Position numbers and translations under genes: made by a program
Notes under the pieces: model-generated
What the model saw: the letters and a program-made list of their open reading frames with translations, nothing else
What the model was told of the DNA's origin: nothing
Databases searched by the model: none
Shown here: positions 31,017-41,175 of the stretch, in pieces
How positions within the stretch are numbered: position 1 is the stretch's first letter
Layout of the letters: each line of letters opens with the position of its first letter
NCBI GenBank assembly: GCA_965213705.1
Contig: OZ243913.1
Coordinates: 64,001 to 128,000, forward strand
Origin: Trueperaceae bacterium
Lineage (GTDB): Bacteria; Deinococcota; Deinococci; Deinococcales; Trueperaceae
Direction of reading: 5' to 3'
Length of the DNA stretch: 64,000 nt

Positions 31017-31907
31017 TTAGTCCGGCCGCTTGATAAACCGCTCGTAGCGGTCGAACGTGTCAAAGCCGAGCAGTTCGAAGATTTGGATGAGTTTGGGGTC
31101 GCCGGTCGGCAGGGTCGTTTCGACGCGGCCCAGCGGGCTTACCGAGGCGAGTTCGTGCAAACTCGACAAGACGACGCGCCGCAGCATCTCGCTCGAGAAA
31201 CGGTACTCCTGCAACACGCCGACGGCCGTGAGGTAGTACACCCCGTCGATGCCCCCGTGTTCGGTACCGTAGAACGCGTAGCCAACCGGCGGCAGGTCAA
31301 GGGTTTCGCGGGTGATAAACCACAAACTCGGCAAAAAACGGCCGCGCCAGCGTTTCAACCAGGCCCAGCGCGCGTCGCTCACCTCGGTTTCGGCTTGTTC
31401 GAACACCTGCCGGAAGGCCTCGTCGCTGTCGTGGCTCCAGGCCTCGATGACGAGGGGCGAGCCCAGGGGCGGCAACTCCGACAGACTGAACGCCAGGTCG
31501 AACGCGCCCTCGAGCTTGAACCCCAAGTGTTCGAACACCGGCCTGAGCTGAGCGACGCGCGCGTTTGAAAAGTTGTAAAGCGGCACGTGCGCCGCCTCGT
31601 GCGGGTGACGTGACAGCATTTTGGTGACCAGGTGCTGCAGGTGGGCAACGTCGTCCTCGAACCAGAGGTTGCTCAAGTACAGGTTTTGGTCGTCCGCGTC
31701 TTGCTGCGGCGCGAGCACGTTCACCCCGGCTTTGGGCCGTTCGGTCGCGTCGTCGCTGTAAACGAACGAGCGCACCGCCTCGTGGTCTAAGTCTCGAGCG
31801 TGCTCCAGCACGCGCCGCGCCAAGCCGCGCGGGTCGCCGTGACCGATAAAACGGTAGTATTGGCTCAAAAACCAGGTGAGTTCATCGGGAGCGAGCGAGC
31901 GAATCAC
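31017..31907 (-). CDS. Hypothetical protein, possible tandem GNAT-like fold
   Basis: YLTAVGVLQEYR...FELLGF; host-like codon usage. Confidence 0.6.
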   Translation of the reverse strand: MIRSLAPDELTWFLSQYYRFIGHGDPRGLARRVLEHARDLDHEAVRSFVYSDDATERPKAGVNVLAPQQDADDQNLYLSNLWFEDDVAHLQHLVTKMLSRHPHEAAHVPLYNFSNARVAQLRPVFEHLGFKLEGAFDLAFSLSELPPLGSPLVIEAWSHDSDEAFRQVFEQAETEVSDARWAWLKRWRGRFLPSLWFITRETLDLPPVGYAFYGTEHGGIDGVYYLTAVGVLQEYRFSSEMLRRVVLSSLHELASVSPLGRVETTLPTGDPKLIQIFELLGFDTFDRYERFIKRPD

Positions 31908-31994
31908 AACGGACTACTCTAACCGATGGAGTCCTTGGGGGGAAAGCTTTGCAGTTTTAGGGTCGGCGCTGCGTCAGCTCAGGCGTCGAAAAAC

Positions 31995-32465
31995 CTACTT
32001 CCGCTTGTACCTAAAGTCGCAGTATCCAGCACCCGCCATAAGGGTCTGGGTTCTCTCGAACGACACCTCGTCGCTGTAGCCGGCTATCAGGGCGGCGTCG
32101 CGGTTGCAAGACAGGGTCGCGCCCAAGTCGGCCATACCCAGGGCCCGGTAAAGCTCGGCGTAGCGGCAGCGCGTAACGTTGAAAGCCCAAACGTCCTCGC
32201 CGCGCTCCAACTCTTCTATCTCGAGCGCCCCACCTCGAAACCATGGCTCCCACTGCGCGGCGAAACCTTCCAAACTGCCCTGGTCTTGCTCACGCATCCT
32301 GCGGCCGGTCTCGCGGGCAGCCTCTACGACGACGTCGCGCAGCAAGGCGCGCGTTTTTTCCTCACCGAGTTCCGCCGCTACGGCTTCAAAAAAAGGCTGC
32401 AGGACCCGCGCTTCTATCTCGCGGCGCGTCAGCACGCCGACCTGTTCGTTCAGGGTGTCTTTCAC
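31995..32465 (-). CDS. L-2-amino-thiazoline-4-carboxylic acid hydrolase family protein
   Basis: FNVTRCRYAE...LSCNRD...RTQTLMAGAGYCDFRY. Confidence 0.88.
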   Translation of the reverse strand: MKDTLNEQVGVLTRREIEARVLQPFFEAVAAELGEEKTRALLRDVVVEAARETGRRMREQDQGSLEGFAAQWEPWFRGGALEIEELERGEDVWAFNVTRCRYAELYRALGMADLGATLSCNRDAALIAGYSDEVSFERTQTLMAGAGYCDFRYKRK

Positions 32466-32486
32466 AACCGCAGTTTAAGCCAATCC

Positions 32487-33506
32487 TTAATGAACGTGCA
32501 GGACTCTAAAAAACAAGAAGCCTACATAACCCACGTAAGCGAGCAGCAGCGCGCCGCCCCCGAGCCTGCCCAGGCGGCTGCCCCTGAACATCATAAGGAA
32601 GACCGCCGCGCTGAAAGCCAGCATCACGCCCAAGTTGGGCGCGGCGCGAACGAATGGCTCCCTGACCGGCGTGACCAGGGCGGTTACGCCCAGCACCGCC
32701 AAGACGTTGAAGATGTTCGAGCCGACGATGTTGCCCAGGATGATGTCGGTCTCTTTGCGCAACGCGGCCACCGCGCTGCTGGCGAGTTCCGGCAGGCTCG
32801 TACCGAAAGCGACGAGGCTCAAACCGATGACCGCTTCCGGCACGCCGAAAGCCCGAGCGAGCGCCGCCGCGCCGACCACGAGCAGCCGCGCGCCGACCAC
32901 GAGCAGCCCCACGCCGAGCGTGAGAAACAGCAGCGAGCGCCACAGAGGCGTCTCGGCTTCGGCTGCAGCGGTAGCGGGCGCAGGAACACCGGGTACCGAG
33001 GTGTCAGGTGCAGTGACGGGTGCAGCAGTGACGGGTGTAGAAGTGACGGGCGCAGTGACTTGGGCGACGTTGTCCGCCTTAAACAAGTAAAAGAGGTAGA
33101 CGCCCAGGACGACCAAGAGAAGTGCGCCCTCGAGCCTGCCCACCACGCCGTTCCACAAAACGGGCACGAGCAGCGCGCTTACCCCCAACATGATGGGCAC
33201 TTCGCGGCGTACAAAGTTCGGGGTGCTCTCGAGCGGGTAGAGCAGCGCGGTCAAACCCAAAATAAGCCCGACGTTGGCGATGTTCGAGCCCACCACGTTG
33301 CCGAGCGCGAGTTCCGGCAGGCCCTGCAACGTCGCGGCCAGGGTCGCCGCCAACTCCGGCGCGGAGGTCCCGAAAGCCACGACGGTCAAACCGATGACGA
33401 CCGAACTTATGTTCAAGCGCCCGGCCAAACGCACGGCGTTGTTGACGAGCAGCTCACCGCCGTAGTAAAGCAGCGCCACCCCCAAAATTACGAACAACAG
33501 GTTCAC
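32487..33506 (-). CDS. Calcium/sodium antiporter (YrbG family)
   Basis: Two alpha repeats: GTSAPE...GNVVGSN and GTSLPE...GNIVGSN. Confidence 0.93.
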   Translation of the reverse strand: MNLLFVILGVALLYYGGELLVNNAVRLAGRLNISSVVIGLTVVAFGTSAPELAATLAATLQGLPELALGNVVGSNIANVGLILGLTALLYPLESTPNFVRREVPIMLGVSALLVPVLWNGVVGRLEGALLLVVLGVYLFYLFKADNVAQVTAPVTSTPVTAAPVTAPDTSVPGVPAPATAAAEAETPLWRSLLFLTLGVGLLVVGARLLVVGAAALARAFGVPEAVIGLSLVAFGTSLPELASSAVAALRKETDIILGNIVGSNIFNVLAVLGVTALVTPVREPFVRAAPNLGVMLAFSAAVFLMMFRGSRLGRLGGGALLLAYVGYVGFLFFRVLHVH

Positions 33507-33867
33507 AGTCTCAGGCTAACAGATAAGTCGGTCGCGCCGCACGGGACGGGCTGTCTAAAGGGTCCAAACGTGCAGAAGCTCGTTTGGGTCTACAGCTCCG
33601 GTCCGCAAAAGTTTCGCCCGGCCCTGTTCGGATTGAGGCCTATAAGTGCCGACCAGAGAAAGGGCAAGCGCTTGAAAAGCGTCGTGTCGTACCCTTTCGA
33701 GACTGTTCGACTCGGAGGGACAGAAGACGAGCGGAAAAGGGTAATGCGGGAGGCGAAGCGGCGACACGGCGGCCCACCCGCAAACGGTACGCTTTGTGCC
33801 TTGAAACGCTTTCAACATCAGCTCTTGCTGTCAAGACCTCTTCTGCCAAATCCTCTATTACCAGGTC

Positions 33868-35013
33868 CTATTCGGCCGAGCTTTCTCCTACCAAGGTCTG
33901 AGCCGCCGAGTTTTCCGCCGACAGCACCGCCAACAGCACGTCGACGACGCGGGGCGAGAACCATTTGCCGCGTTGTTCTTTGATTTCGGCGACGGCTTCG
34001 GCCACGCTCCAGGCGGGTTTGTAGGGCCGAACGTGCGTGAGGGTGTCGAACACGTCGGCGACCGCCACGATTTGACCGCTGAGCGGAATCTCGTCCCCCG
34101 CCAGCCCACGCGGATAACCGCTGCCGTCGTAGCGTTCGTGGTGAGTCAGGGCGACGGTTTCGGCAAGTTGAACGAGACGCGAGCCACCGCGCGCCAGCAG
34201 TTTGGCCCCGAGTTCGACGTGCGTTTTCATCACCTTCCATTCCTGCGCCGAAAGCTTGCCGGGTTTGAGTAAAACGTCGTCGGGAATGCCGATTTTGCCG
34301 ACGTCGTGGAGTGAAGCGGCTCGCTGGAGCAGCTCGGCTTCGGCCTCACCGAAACCCAAACCGCGGGCGAGTTGCGCCGACAACGCGCCGACGCGACCTG
34401 TGTGCTGGCCGGTCGTGTAGTCGCGGTATTCCGAGGCCAAGGCCAAGCGCTCGATAACGTCCAGACGGGCCGTTTCCAGTTCCAGGGTGCGCTCGCGGAC
34501 TTTGCCCTCTAAGTCCTCGCTGTGTTTTTTGAGCGCCAGGTGCAAAAAACGGGTCTGCAACAAGTTGGCGACGCGCACCTTTATCTGGTTCATCTTGAAA
34601 GGTTTGTTGAGAAAATCCTTCGCGCCTGCGGCCAGCGCCCTCTCCTCTATTTCGGGGTTGGTGTCGGCGGTGAGCATGAGGATGGGCAGGTACGTCCCGC
34701 CGCCTATCCGGTCGCTCAGTTGCGTGAGCAGCTCGAGCCCGCTCACAAAAGGCATGTTTAAGTCGGTGCAAACGAGGTCGGGTTGAAAATGCTCGAACAG
34801 GGTCAGCGCCTCGCGCGGGTCGTTGGTGCTCTCGATTCGCGTGTAGCCCGCCCGGTTCAAAATGCGCGTCAGCAAAACGAGGTTGACTGCCTCGTCGTCG
34901 ACGAGGAGAATTTTAGCGCTACCCAGCAGCGCCACCTCAGCGCCCGCCGAGACTTCGTGAGTTGAAAGAACGGGTGCCGAGCCGTTGTGTGGCGGAACGT
35001 CGTTGTAGGTCAT
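33868..35013 (-). CDS. REC-HD-GYP response regulator / c-di-GMP phosphodiesterase (RpfG-like)
   Basis: LLVDD, DLNMP, HDVGK, HHERYDGSGYP; alternative GTG start at 35031. Confidence 0.92.
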   Translation of the reverse strand: MTYNDVPPHNGSAPVLSTHEVSAGAEVALLGSAKILLVDDEAVNLVLLTRILNRAGYTRIESTNDPREALTLFEHFQPDLVCTDLNMPFVSGLELLTQLSDRIGGGTYLPILMLTADTNPEIEERALAAGAKDFLNKPFKMNQIKVRVANLLQTRFLHLALKKHSEDLEGKVRERTLELETARLDVIERLALASEYRDYTTGQHTGRVGALSAQLARGLGFGEAEAELLQRAASLHDVGKIGIPDDVLLKPGKLSAQEWKVMKTHVELGAKLLARGGSRLVQLAETVALTHHERYDGSGYPRGLAGDEIPLSGQIVAVADVFDTLTHVRPYKPAWSVAEAVAEIKEQRGKWFSPRVVDVLLAVLSAENSAAQTLVGESSAE

Positions 35014-35109
35014 GGTCGGTTTCCTTTTCACGCTCAGCCCCAGCCGACGTTACTACGCCAGGCCTGACAAAATTCTTACACCCCCGCGTTGCCGCGTCTC
35101 GGTTGAGGC

Positions 35110-35165
35110 GTGTTCGGGGAGGTCTATTTCAGGAGGTGTATTTCGGGAGGTGTATTCGGGAAGGT
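35110..35165. repeat. Degenerate 14-bp tandem repeat x4 (gtatttcgggaggt)
   Basis: gtgttcggggaggt ctatttcaggaggt gtatttcgggaggt gtattcgggaaggt. Confidence 0.75.
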
Positions 35166-35253
35166 GGGTTCGGGTCGGCCGAACCTGCTTACGCGTCCCC
35201 GGATTAGCTTTGTCACGTCGCGCGGCGGCGGCTTACTGCTAAACTTGCCCGTA

Positions 35254-36258
35254 ATGCCGCAGTTCCGCAAAGACCCGTTCGGCCCGGCTTGGGTCATCAT
35301 TTCACCCGAGCGCGGTCTCGAGCCTTCGGATTTCGGCAGTGCCGGGGGTGTGGCGGCGACCTCACCCCTGTCGCCGGGCGCCGAAACGCGCCTGGGCAAA
35401 GAGGTGCGCGCGCTGCGCCCGGCGGGTTCCGGCACAAACGCCCCCGACTGGCGGGTGCGGGTGCTCGAGCCCTACGCGAGCCTGTTGGAAGCGGACAAGC
35501 CGTTTCAACCCAGCGGCGACGAACCTTTCATAGCGGCGGCCAGCAGCGGCTACCAAGAACTCGTCGTCGACCATCCCGAAGCCGACATGAGCTTAGACCG
35601 CATGACCCCTGAACACGTCACCGAACTGCTCAAACTCTACCGCGAACGTTTGAGCCTGTTGGCGGGCAAACCCGGCATCCGCCATATTCAGCTCACCAGG
35701 AGCGTCGGGCGGGCGGCGGGCGCGGCTTACGACCACCCGCACACACAGCTGTTGGCGGTGCCGGTCGGCAACCGCTGGCTGGACGAAGAAAAACTAGCGG
35801 CGCAAGACCACCACGCACGCCACGCTCGCTGTTTATTTTGCGACGTCATCGCGGCGGAGCTGACCTTTAAGGCGCGGCTGGTCAGCTACAACGAACACTT
35901 TATCGCCCTGGCGCCTTACGCCTCGAAGACGCCTTTCGAGACGTGGCTGCTACCTCGTCAGCACAGTAGCGGTTTTACCGCCCTGGCGAGCAACACAGTT
36001 CCTTACTTGACGGACCTGTTGCAGAACATGGTGCGGGCCATGAACACAGCCCTCGACCGCCCGCCCTACAACTTGATTTTGCACACCCTACCCCTCGAGG
36101 ACGATTCTCGGTATCATTGGCACATCGAACTGTTGCCACGCCTTACCAAACACAGCGGTTTCGACTGGAGCAGCGGCTTTTACGTCAACCCGACCCCGCC
36201 CGAGGACGCCGCCCGTTTCCTGCGGGGCGCCCTGGCCCTGCAAGAGGTCAACGCGTGA
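35254..36258 (+). CDS. galT: Galactose-1-phosphate uridylyltransferase (GalT)-like protein
   Basis: RKDPF..WVIISPER, HPHTQ HIT-like motif, CLFCD, YHWHIELLPR. Confidence 0.8.
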   Translation: MPQFRKDPFGPAWVIISPERGLEPSDFGSAGGVAATSPLSPGAETRLGKEVRALRPAGSGTNAPDWRVRVLEPYASLLEADKPFQPSGDEPFIAAASSGYQELVVDHPEADMSLDRMTPEHVTELLKLYRERLSLLAGKPGIRHIQLTRSVGRAAGAAYDHPHTQLLAVPVGNRWLDEEKLAAQDHHARHARCLFCDVIAAELTFKARLVSYNEHFIALAPYASKTPFETWLLPRQHSSGFTALASNTVPYLTDLLQNMVRAMNTALDRPPYNLILHTLPLEDDSRYHWHIELLPRLTKHSGFDWSSGFYVNPTPPEDAARFLRGALALQEVNA

Positions 36259-36644
36259 CGGTCCGGCGGCGCGAAGCGGCTCGGGGCCGCGCCGGGCGCG
36301 GCGCGGCGCGGTCGCAAACCGGTCCGGCCCAGCGCAACCGCGGCGTCAACATGATTTTTTTGCTGCTGGCTATCGTCGGCAGCTTACACGCCGTGACCAT
36401 GCTCGGCGTCGAAACTTGGCGCGGTTTTGCGGGCGCGCAAGAGGTGACGCGGCTGGAGCAGGACATAGGCGCGTTGCAGTTTGAAATCGGCGGCCTGCAA
36501 GCGGTTGTCGACCACGCCGCAGACAAGGCCTACCGCGAACAGCTCGCGCGGTGCTTGGGCTTTATCTACCCCGACGAGACGCGCTTTATCACGTTGCTCG
36601 AGCCCGGCCAAGAGCCGACGTTGAGCGGGCCGCTTTGTCACTGA
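36255..36644 (+). CDS. Septum formation initiator (FtsB/DivIC-like)
   Basis: TM helix, coiled coil, YREQLARCLGFIYPDE; overlaps the galT stop. Confidence 0.7.
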   Translation: MTVRRREAARGRAGRGAARSQTGPAQRNRGVNMIFLLLAIVGSLHAVTMLGVETWRGFAGAQEVTRLEQDIGALQFEIGGLQAVVDHAADKAYREQLARCLGFIYPDETRFITLLEPGQEPTLSGPLCH

Positions 36645-36714
36645 GTATGGCCCGCCGGTAGCTTACAGAAAAACCTCAGACTGAAGGCTGCTCGACACTT
36701 TTCGGTCGAACCTC

Positions 36715-36851
36715 GTACCCTTTTCGTGTGATTCCCTTGAAATTGAACGCGAGCAGGGCGCGCAGAAAGACTCGCGAAGAAAGCCTACGGACGGTGATAC
36801 TACAGCTCGTAAACCTTGGAACATTTGTTCGCTTCATCGCTAGTCCGCATC
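36715..36851 (+). repeat. Degenerate copy of the SRE/MITE-like element
   Basis: Shares tacagctcgtaaaccttgg exactly, and flanking similarity, with 49077-49200. Confidence 0.8.
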
Positions 36852-37028
36852 ACCTGATTCGACCGAACTTGAGAAGTCTGAGGCCGTACCCGTCCTAACA
36901 TAGGCTTTGTCTTGCGGGCTCGAGGCCGTCTTTCCAACTCGATGTTCCTTGTGCGGTTTGCCCTGCGCCAATCGGGTATCCTGAAAAAACACTTGGAGGC
37001 TGCTTTGCCGGACGATACTTTGACCTGG

Positions 37029-38570
37029 ATGAACGAACTCACCGCCGAGATGGAAGAACGGCGCAAGCGCGTGGAGCGGGGCGGCGGCGCGGCGCGACTC
37101 AAAAAACAGCACGAGGCCGGCAAACTGAGCGCGAGGGAGCGTGTTCATACCCTACTGGACGAGGACACGTTCACCGAACTCGGCGTTTTTACCGAACACT
37201 CGGGCGGCGAACTCATGGCGGGCATCGACGCGCCCGGCGAGGGCGTGGTGACCGGCTACGGGCAAGTGGGCGGGCGCACGGTGTTCGTGTTCAGCCAGGA
37301 CTTTACCGTACTGGGCGGCTCGCTCGGCAAGATGCACGGCCAAAAAATCGCCCAAGTCATGGACCTGGCCGTCAAGACGGGCGCGCCGATTATCGGCCTG
37401 AACGACTCGGCGGGGGCGCGCATCCAAGAAGGTGTCGACTCGCTTTCGGGCTACGGCGAGGTGTTTTACCGCAACGCGGTCTACTCGGGCGTGGTGCCGC
37501 AAATCAGCGCGATTTTGGGGCCCTGCGCGGGCGGCGCGGTCTACAGCCCGGCGCTGACCGACTTCGTGGTGATGGCTAAGGGCTCGTCGTACATGTTCAT
37601 CACCGGGCCGGAGGTGATTCGGTCCGTCACCAAAGAAGACGTGACTTTTGAAGAGTTGGGCGGGGCCGACGTGCACACCCGCACTTCGGGCGTGGCCCAC
37701 TTGGAGGCCGAGGACGACGAGGGCGTGCTCGAGAACATCCGTAAGCTACTTACCTACTTGCCCCAGTCCGCCAAGGAAAAGCCGCCCCTCAAACCGACCC
37801 AAGACCCGGACACCCGCCGCACCCCGGAACTCTTGAAAATCGTCCACCCCGACCAGCGCCGCCCTTACCCGATGACGGACGTTATCGAGACGATAGTGGA
37901 CGACAAAACTTTTTTCGAAATCCAGCCGGACTTCGCCAAAAACATCGTTGTCGGTTTTGCCCATCTGGGCTCTCAAGCCGTCGGTATCGTCGCTAACAAC
38001 CCGCGGCACTTGGCGGGCACGCTCAACATCGACGCGTCGGACAAGGCCGCCCGCTTTATCCGCACCTGCGACTGTTTCAACGTGCCGGTGGTAACGTTGG
38101 TCGACGTGACCGGGTTTTTGCCCGGCGTCGCGCAGGAGCACGCAGGCATCATCCGGCACGGCGCGAAGATGCTCTACGCCTACGCCGAGGCGACGGTCCC
38201 GAAAATCACTTTAATCGTCCGCAAGAGCTATGGCGGCGCGTATCTGGCTATGAACTCGCGCGACATGGGCGCGGACGTGGTGCTCGCCTGGCCCACCTCG
38301 GCGGTCGCGGTGATGGGGGCGGAAGGTGCCGCCAACATCATCTACCGACGCGACATCGCCGGTTCCAAACACCCCGAAGCGACCCGCGCCGAAAAAATTG
38401 CCGAGTACAAGCGTAAGTTCGACAACCCCTACCGCGCGGCGGCGCGTGGCTACATCGACGACGTCATCGACCCCAAAGACACGCGGGGCCACCTCATTCG
38501 CCACCTGCGAATGTTGGCGCACAAGCGCGAGGAGCGGCCCTTTAAGAAGCACGGCAACCTGCCCCTGTAA
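37029..38570 (+). CDS. pccB: Acyl-CoA (propionyl-CoA) carboxylase beta subunit
   Basis: QDFTVLGGSLG, DSAGARIQEG, GPCAGGAVYSPA, KKHGNLPL. Confidence 0.93.
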   Translation: MNELTAEMEERRKRVERGGGAARLKKQHEAGKLSARERVHTLLDEDTFTELGVFTEHSGGELMAGIDAPGEGVVTGYGQVGGRTVFVFSQDFTVLGGSLGKMHGQKIAQVMDLAVKTGAPIIGLNDSAGARIQEGVDSLSGYGEVFYRNAVYSGVVPQISAILGPCAGGAVYSPALTDFVVMAKGSSYMFITGPEVIRSVTKEDVTFEELGGADVHTRTSGVAHLEAEDDEGVLENIRKLLTYLPQSAKEKPPLKPTQDPDTRRTPELLKIVHPDQRRPYPMTDVIETIVDDKTFFEIQPDFAKNIVVGFAHLGSQAVGIVANNPRHLAGTLNIDASDKAARFIRTCDCFNVPVVTLVDVTGFLPGVAQEHAGIIRHGAKMLYAYAEATVPKITLIVRKSYGGAYLAMNSRDMGADVVLAWPTSAVAVMGAEGAANIIYRRDIAGSKHPEATRAEKIAEYKRKFDNPYRAAARGYIDDVIDPKDTRGHLIRHLRMLAHKREERPFKKHGNLPL

Positions 38571-38713
38571 CCGCTTTCTGCGCTTCGCGCAGTGCTCACG
38601 TAGTGCTCGCATAATGCGGAGGCGCTGCGGCGCTCACCCGAACGGAACGCACGCCGCAGCAAAGGGTCGCGCCCAAAAGCGCTCGAGCTTTGAGCGCGAC
38701 CCGAGAACCCCAC

Positions 38714-38950
38714 TCAGGACAGGTCTTGCTCCGTACCCACGAGCGGCAACAGGTATTCGTAGAGACGGCCCACGTCGTCCGTGACGATTTCCCAAACCGC
38801 CAGGTCGGGCCGAAGCTCGTAGGCGAGGTCGTTCAGCCGCGCCACGAACGTCACGTCCCAGGCGTCACGGTGCTGAATAAGGTGATTCAGGAAGCCCTCA
38901 GGCACGTTCCCCCCGAGGGCGTACGCCAACACTTCTCTAAGGTCTAACAT
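38714..38950 (-). CDS. Small hypothetical protein downstream of recA
   Basis: 78-aa ORF with plausible composition; TAGGCT upstream. Confidence 0.5.
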   Translation of the reverse strand: MLDLREVLAYALGGNVPEGFLNHLIQHRDAWDVTFVARLNDLAYELRPDLAVWEIVTDDVGRLYEYLLPLVGTEQDLS

Positions 38951-38981
38951 CTCGAGTCCAGCCTACCCCCAATGTACGGGT

Positions 38982-40022
38982 TTATTCGTCAAACAGAGTC
39001 GTTTCCTCAACCCTACCCTTAACTTTAACCGGCTCGCCCTTGAGGACAGCCACAACTCTTTGCTTTATCTCCTCGATAAGCTCAGGGTTATCCTGCAGGT
39101 ACTGGGCGGCTTTCTCTTTGCCCTGACCTAAGCGCTGTTCGTTATAGCCGTACCACGAGCCCGACTTGTTGACCACGTCCAGGTCTGTCGCTACCGTGAT
39201 GAGGTCGCCCAGCTTGTCGATGCCGCGGCCGAACATAATCTCGACCTCGGCCTCTTTGAAGGGCGGGGCCACTTTGTTCTTGGTGACTTTCACGCGGGTT
39301 AAGTTGCCCACCTTGTCCGCGCCCGACTTCACGTCGCCCTTGCGGCGCACTTCCATACGCACCGAGGCGTAGAACTTAAGCGCCCGGCCGCCCGGCGTGG
39401 TCTCGGGGTTGCCGTACATCACGCCGATTTTCTCCCTGATTTGGTTGATGAAGATGGCCGTCGTGTGGCTCTTGGACAAGATGCCGGTGAGTTTGCGTAA
39501 AGCTTGGCTCATCAGTCTGGCTTGCAAGCCGACGTGCGAGTCGCCCATCTCGCCTTCGATTTCGGCTCTCGGTACCAGTGCTGCGACGCTGTCGATGACG
39601 ATGATGTCGACCGCGCCCGACCGAACCAGCAGTTCGGTTATCTCCAAGGCTTGTTCGCCGGTGTCGGGTTGCGAGACGAGCAAGTTGTCGACGTCGACGC
39701 CGATGGCTTTGGCGTAACTCGGGTCGAGCGCGTGTTCGGCGTCGATAAAAGCCGCCACCCCGCCCACGCGTTGCGCTTCGGCGACGACGTGCAAGGAGAG
39801 CGTGGTCTTGCCGCCGGATTCGGGGCCGTAGATTTCGACCACTCTACCCCTGGGCAAGCCGCCTACGCCCAAAGCCAGGTCCACCGACATCGAGCCGGTG
39901 GAGATGACGCCCTGTTCCAAACGCCCGGTTTCGTCTCCCAGACGCATCACCGCGCCCTTGCCGAACTGCTTCTCTATTTGCAAGAGGGTGTTGCTCAGGC
40001 TTTTTTGTTTTTCGTCGCTCAT
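38982..40022 (-). CDS. recA: Recombinase A
   Basis: [37 protein letters not shown]. Confidence 0.99.
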   Translation of the reverse strand: MSDEKQKSLSNTLLQIEKQFGKGAVMRLGDETGRLEQGVISTGSMSVDLALGVGGLPRGRVVEIYGPESGGKTTLSLHVVAEAQRVGGVAAFIDAEHALDPSYAKAIGVDVDNLLVSQPDTGEQALEITELLVRSGAVDIIVIDSVAALVPRAEIEGEMGDSHVGLQARLMSQALRKLTGILSKSHTTAIFINQIREKIGVMYGNPETTPGGRALKFYASVRMEVRRKGDVKSGADKVGNLTRVKVTKNKVAPPFKEAEVEIMFGRGIDKLGDLITVATDLDVVNKSGSWYGYNEQRLGQGKEKAAQYLQDNPELIEEIKQRVVAVLKGEPVKVKGRVEETTLFDE

Positions 40023-40083
40023 GTTCGTCTCCTCAACCTCGGCAGATGACGGGCTGTCTCGAGTCAGCCGCGTGCGTGTAAAA

Positions 40084-40113
40084 ATTATACCTTATTTTTT
40101 AAGGCAACATCAA
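40084..40113 (-). promoter_or_regulatory. Putative recA promoter
   Basis: Minus-strand TTGATG-N18-TATAAT with palindrome cctta-N5-taagg in the spacer. Confidence 0.55.
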
Positions 40114-40446
40114 AAGCTGCCTGTGGCTTGGCGCCTATCGGTTTGTTCACACAACTGACCGAAGCAAGGCGGCTCGAGCCCCGAGCGCAACGCTTGAAAC
40201 GTTTAGAAAGCGTTGTCCACAGTCACCAACTTGAGACCTCTCAACGAGATAAAACTTGCACAGGTTAAAGACAAAAAGCCGGACACCTTTTGGCCGTTAC
40301 GCTGAGACGAACGCAAGGCTCGAAAGACACGCGGCCGTTCCGAAGTTCCGGCGGGTCGACGTCTGTCCTGAAGCGCGGTTCGAGCTGAACCGCGGCGCGT
40401 CCGTAAGGACGACCGCATGGGGTTTTTCAGTGAGCGTCGGCGGTAC

Positions 40447-41061
40447 TCAAACCAACGACCTGGAAACCTGAAAACGTCGCCACACCAGGTACACGCCACC
40501 GGCGAACAAAACACCCAGGACGAGCCAGCCGTAGGCGTTGGCGAAGGGAATCAACGCGTGCCAGTTGCGCCCCAACAGCGCTCCGGCAGCGACGAGCAGG
40601 GCGTTCCAGAGGAGCGTTCCCAGGGTAGTCAGCGCGGTAAAACGCCACGGGTTGACGGCCAAAAACCCTGCCGGTATGGACACGAGCGTGCGCAGCGTCG
40701 GCACAAAGCGGGCAAATACCAACGCATGAACGTCGAAGCGTTCGTAAAGAGCCAAAACCCTGTCGAGGTCGCTTTCGCGCAGCAACACAAAACGGCCCCG
40801 CCGACGTATAAACCGGCGCACCCGCACCTCACCGAGGGCTCGAGCCGCGCCGTAAAAAATAAGTTGGCCCAACAGCGCCCCGAGCGTTCCCGCCGCGAGC
40901 ACGCTTGCAAAGCCCAGGTCGCCGCGCGCGACCAAAAAGCCGGCAAACGGCAAAACCAGCTCGGGTGCCAAAAAAAGGAGCAACAGGGCGACCCCGAGGT
41001 AGTCGAGCGACGCGACCGCGGCGGTGATAAATCCCAGGCTGTCTCCCAAAACCTCGAGCAC
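40447..41061 (-). CDS. DedA family membrane protein
   Basis: ELVLPFAGFL, ARFVPTLRTLVSIPAG. Confidence 0.9.
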   Translation of the reverse strand: MLEVLGDSLGFITAAVASLDYLGVALLLLFLAPELVLPFAGFLVARGDLGFASVLAAGTLGALLGQLIFYGAARALGEVRVRRFIRRRGRFVLLRESDLDRVLALYERFDVHALVFARFVPTLRTLVSIPAGFLAVNPWRFTALTTLGTLLWNALLVAAGALLGRNWHALIPFANAYGWLVLGVLFAGGVYLVWRRFQVSRSLV

Positions 41062-41175
41062 GCTCTACCTTACAGCCCGCGCAGAAGCGCGACGGTAGGG
41101 AAAACTACCACCAAGGGTAGAGCGTCTTTGTTTTGAGGGGGCAAGTGCGGAACGGCTTTTCGGCGGACTGGTCGC

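Noticed and set aside
33540..33750. Metal/Na riboswitch or further repeat copy upstream of the antiporter
   Set aside because: Hairpins are present but match no consensus I know; the antiporter appears leaderless, and similarity to the repeat is limited to a taccc(t)tttcg/cggaaaagggta pair
31926..33983. 685-aa plus-strand ORF
   Set aside because: Antisense shadow of the ATC hydrolase and antiporter genes; no recognisable motifs
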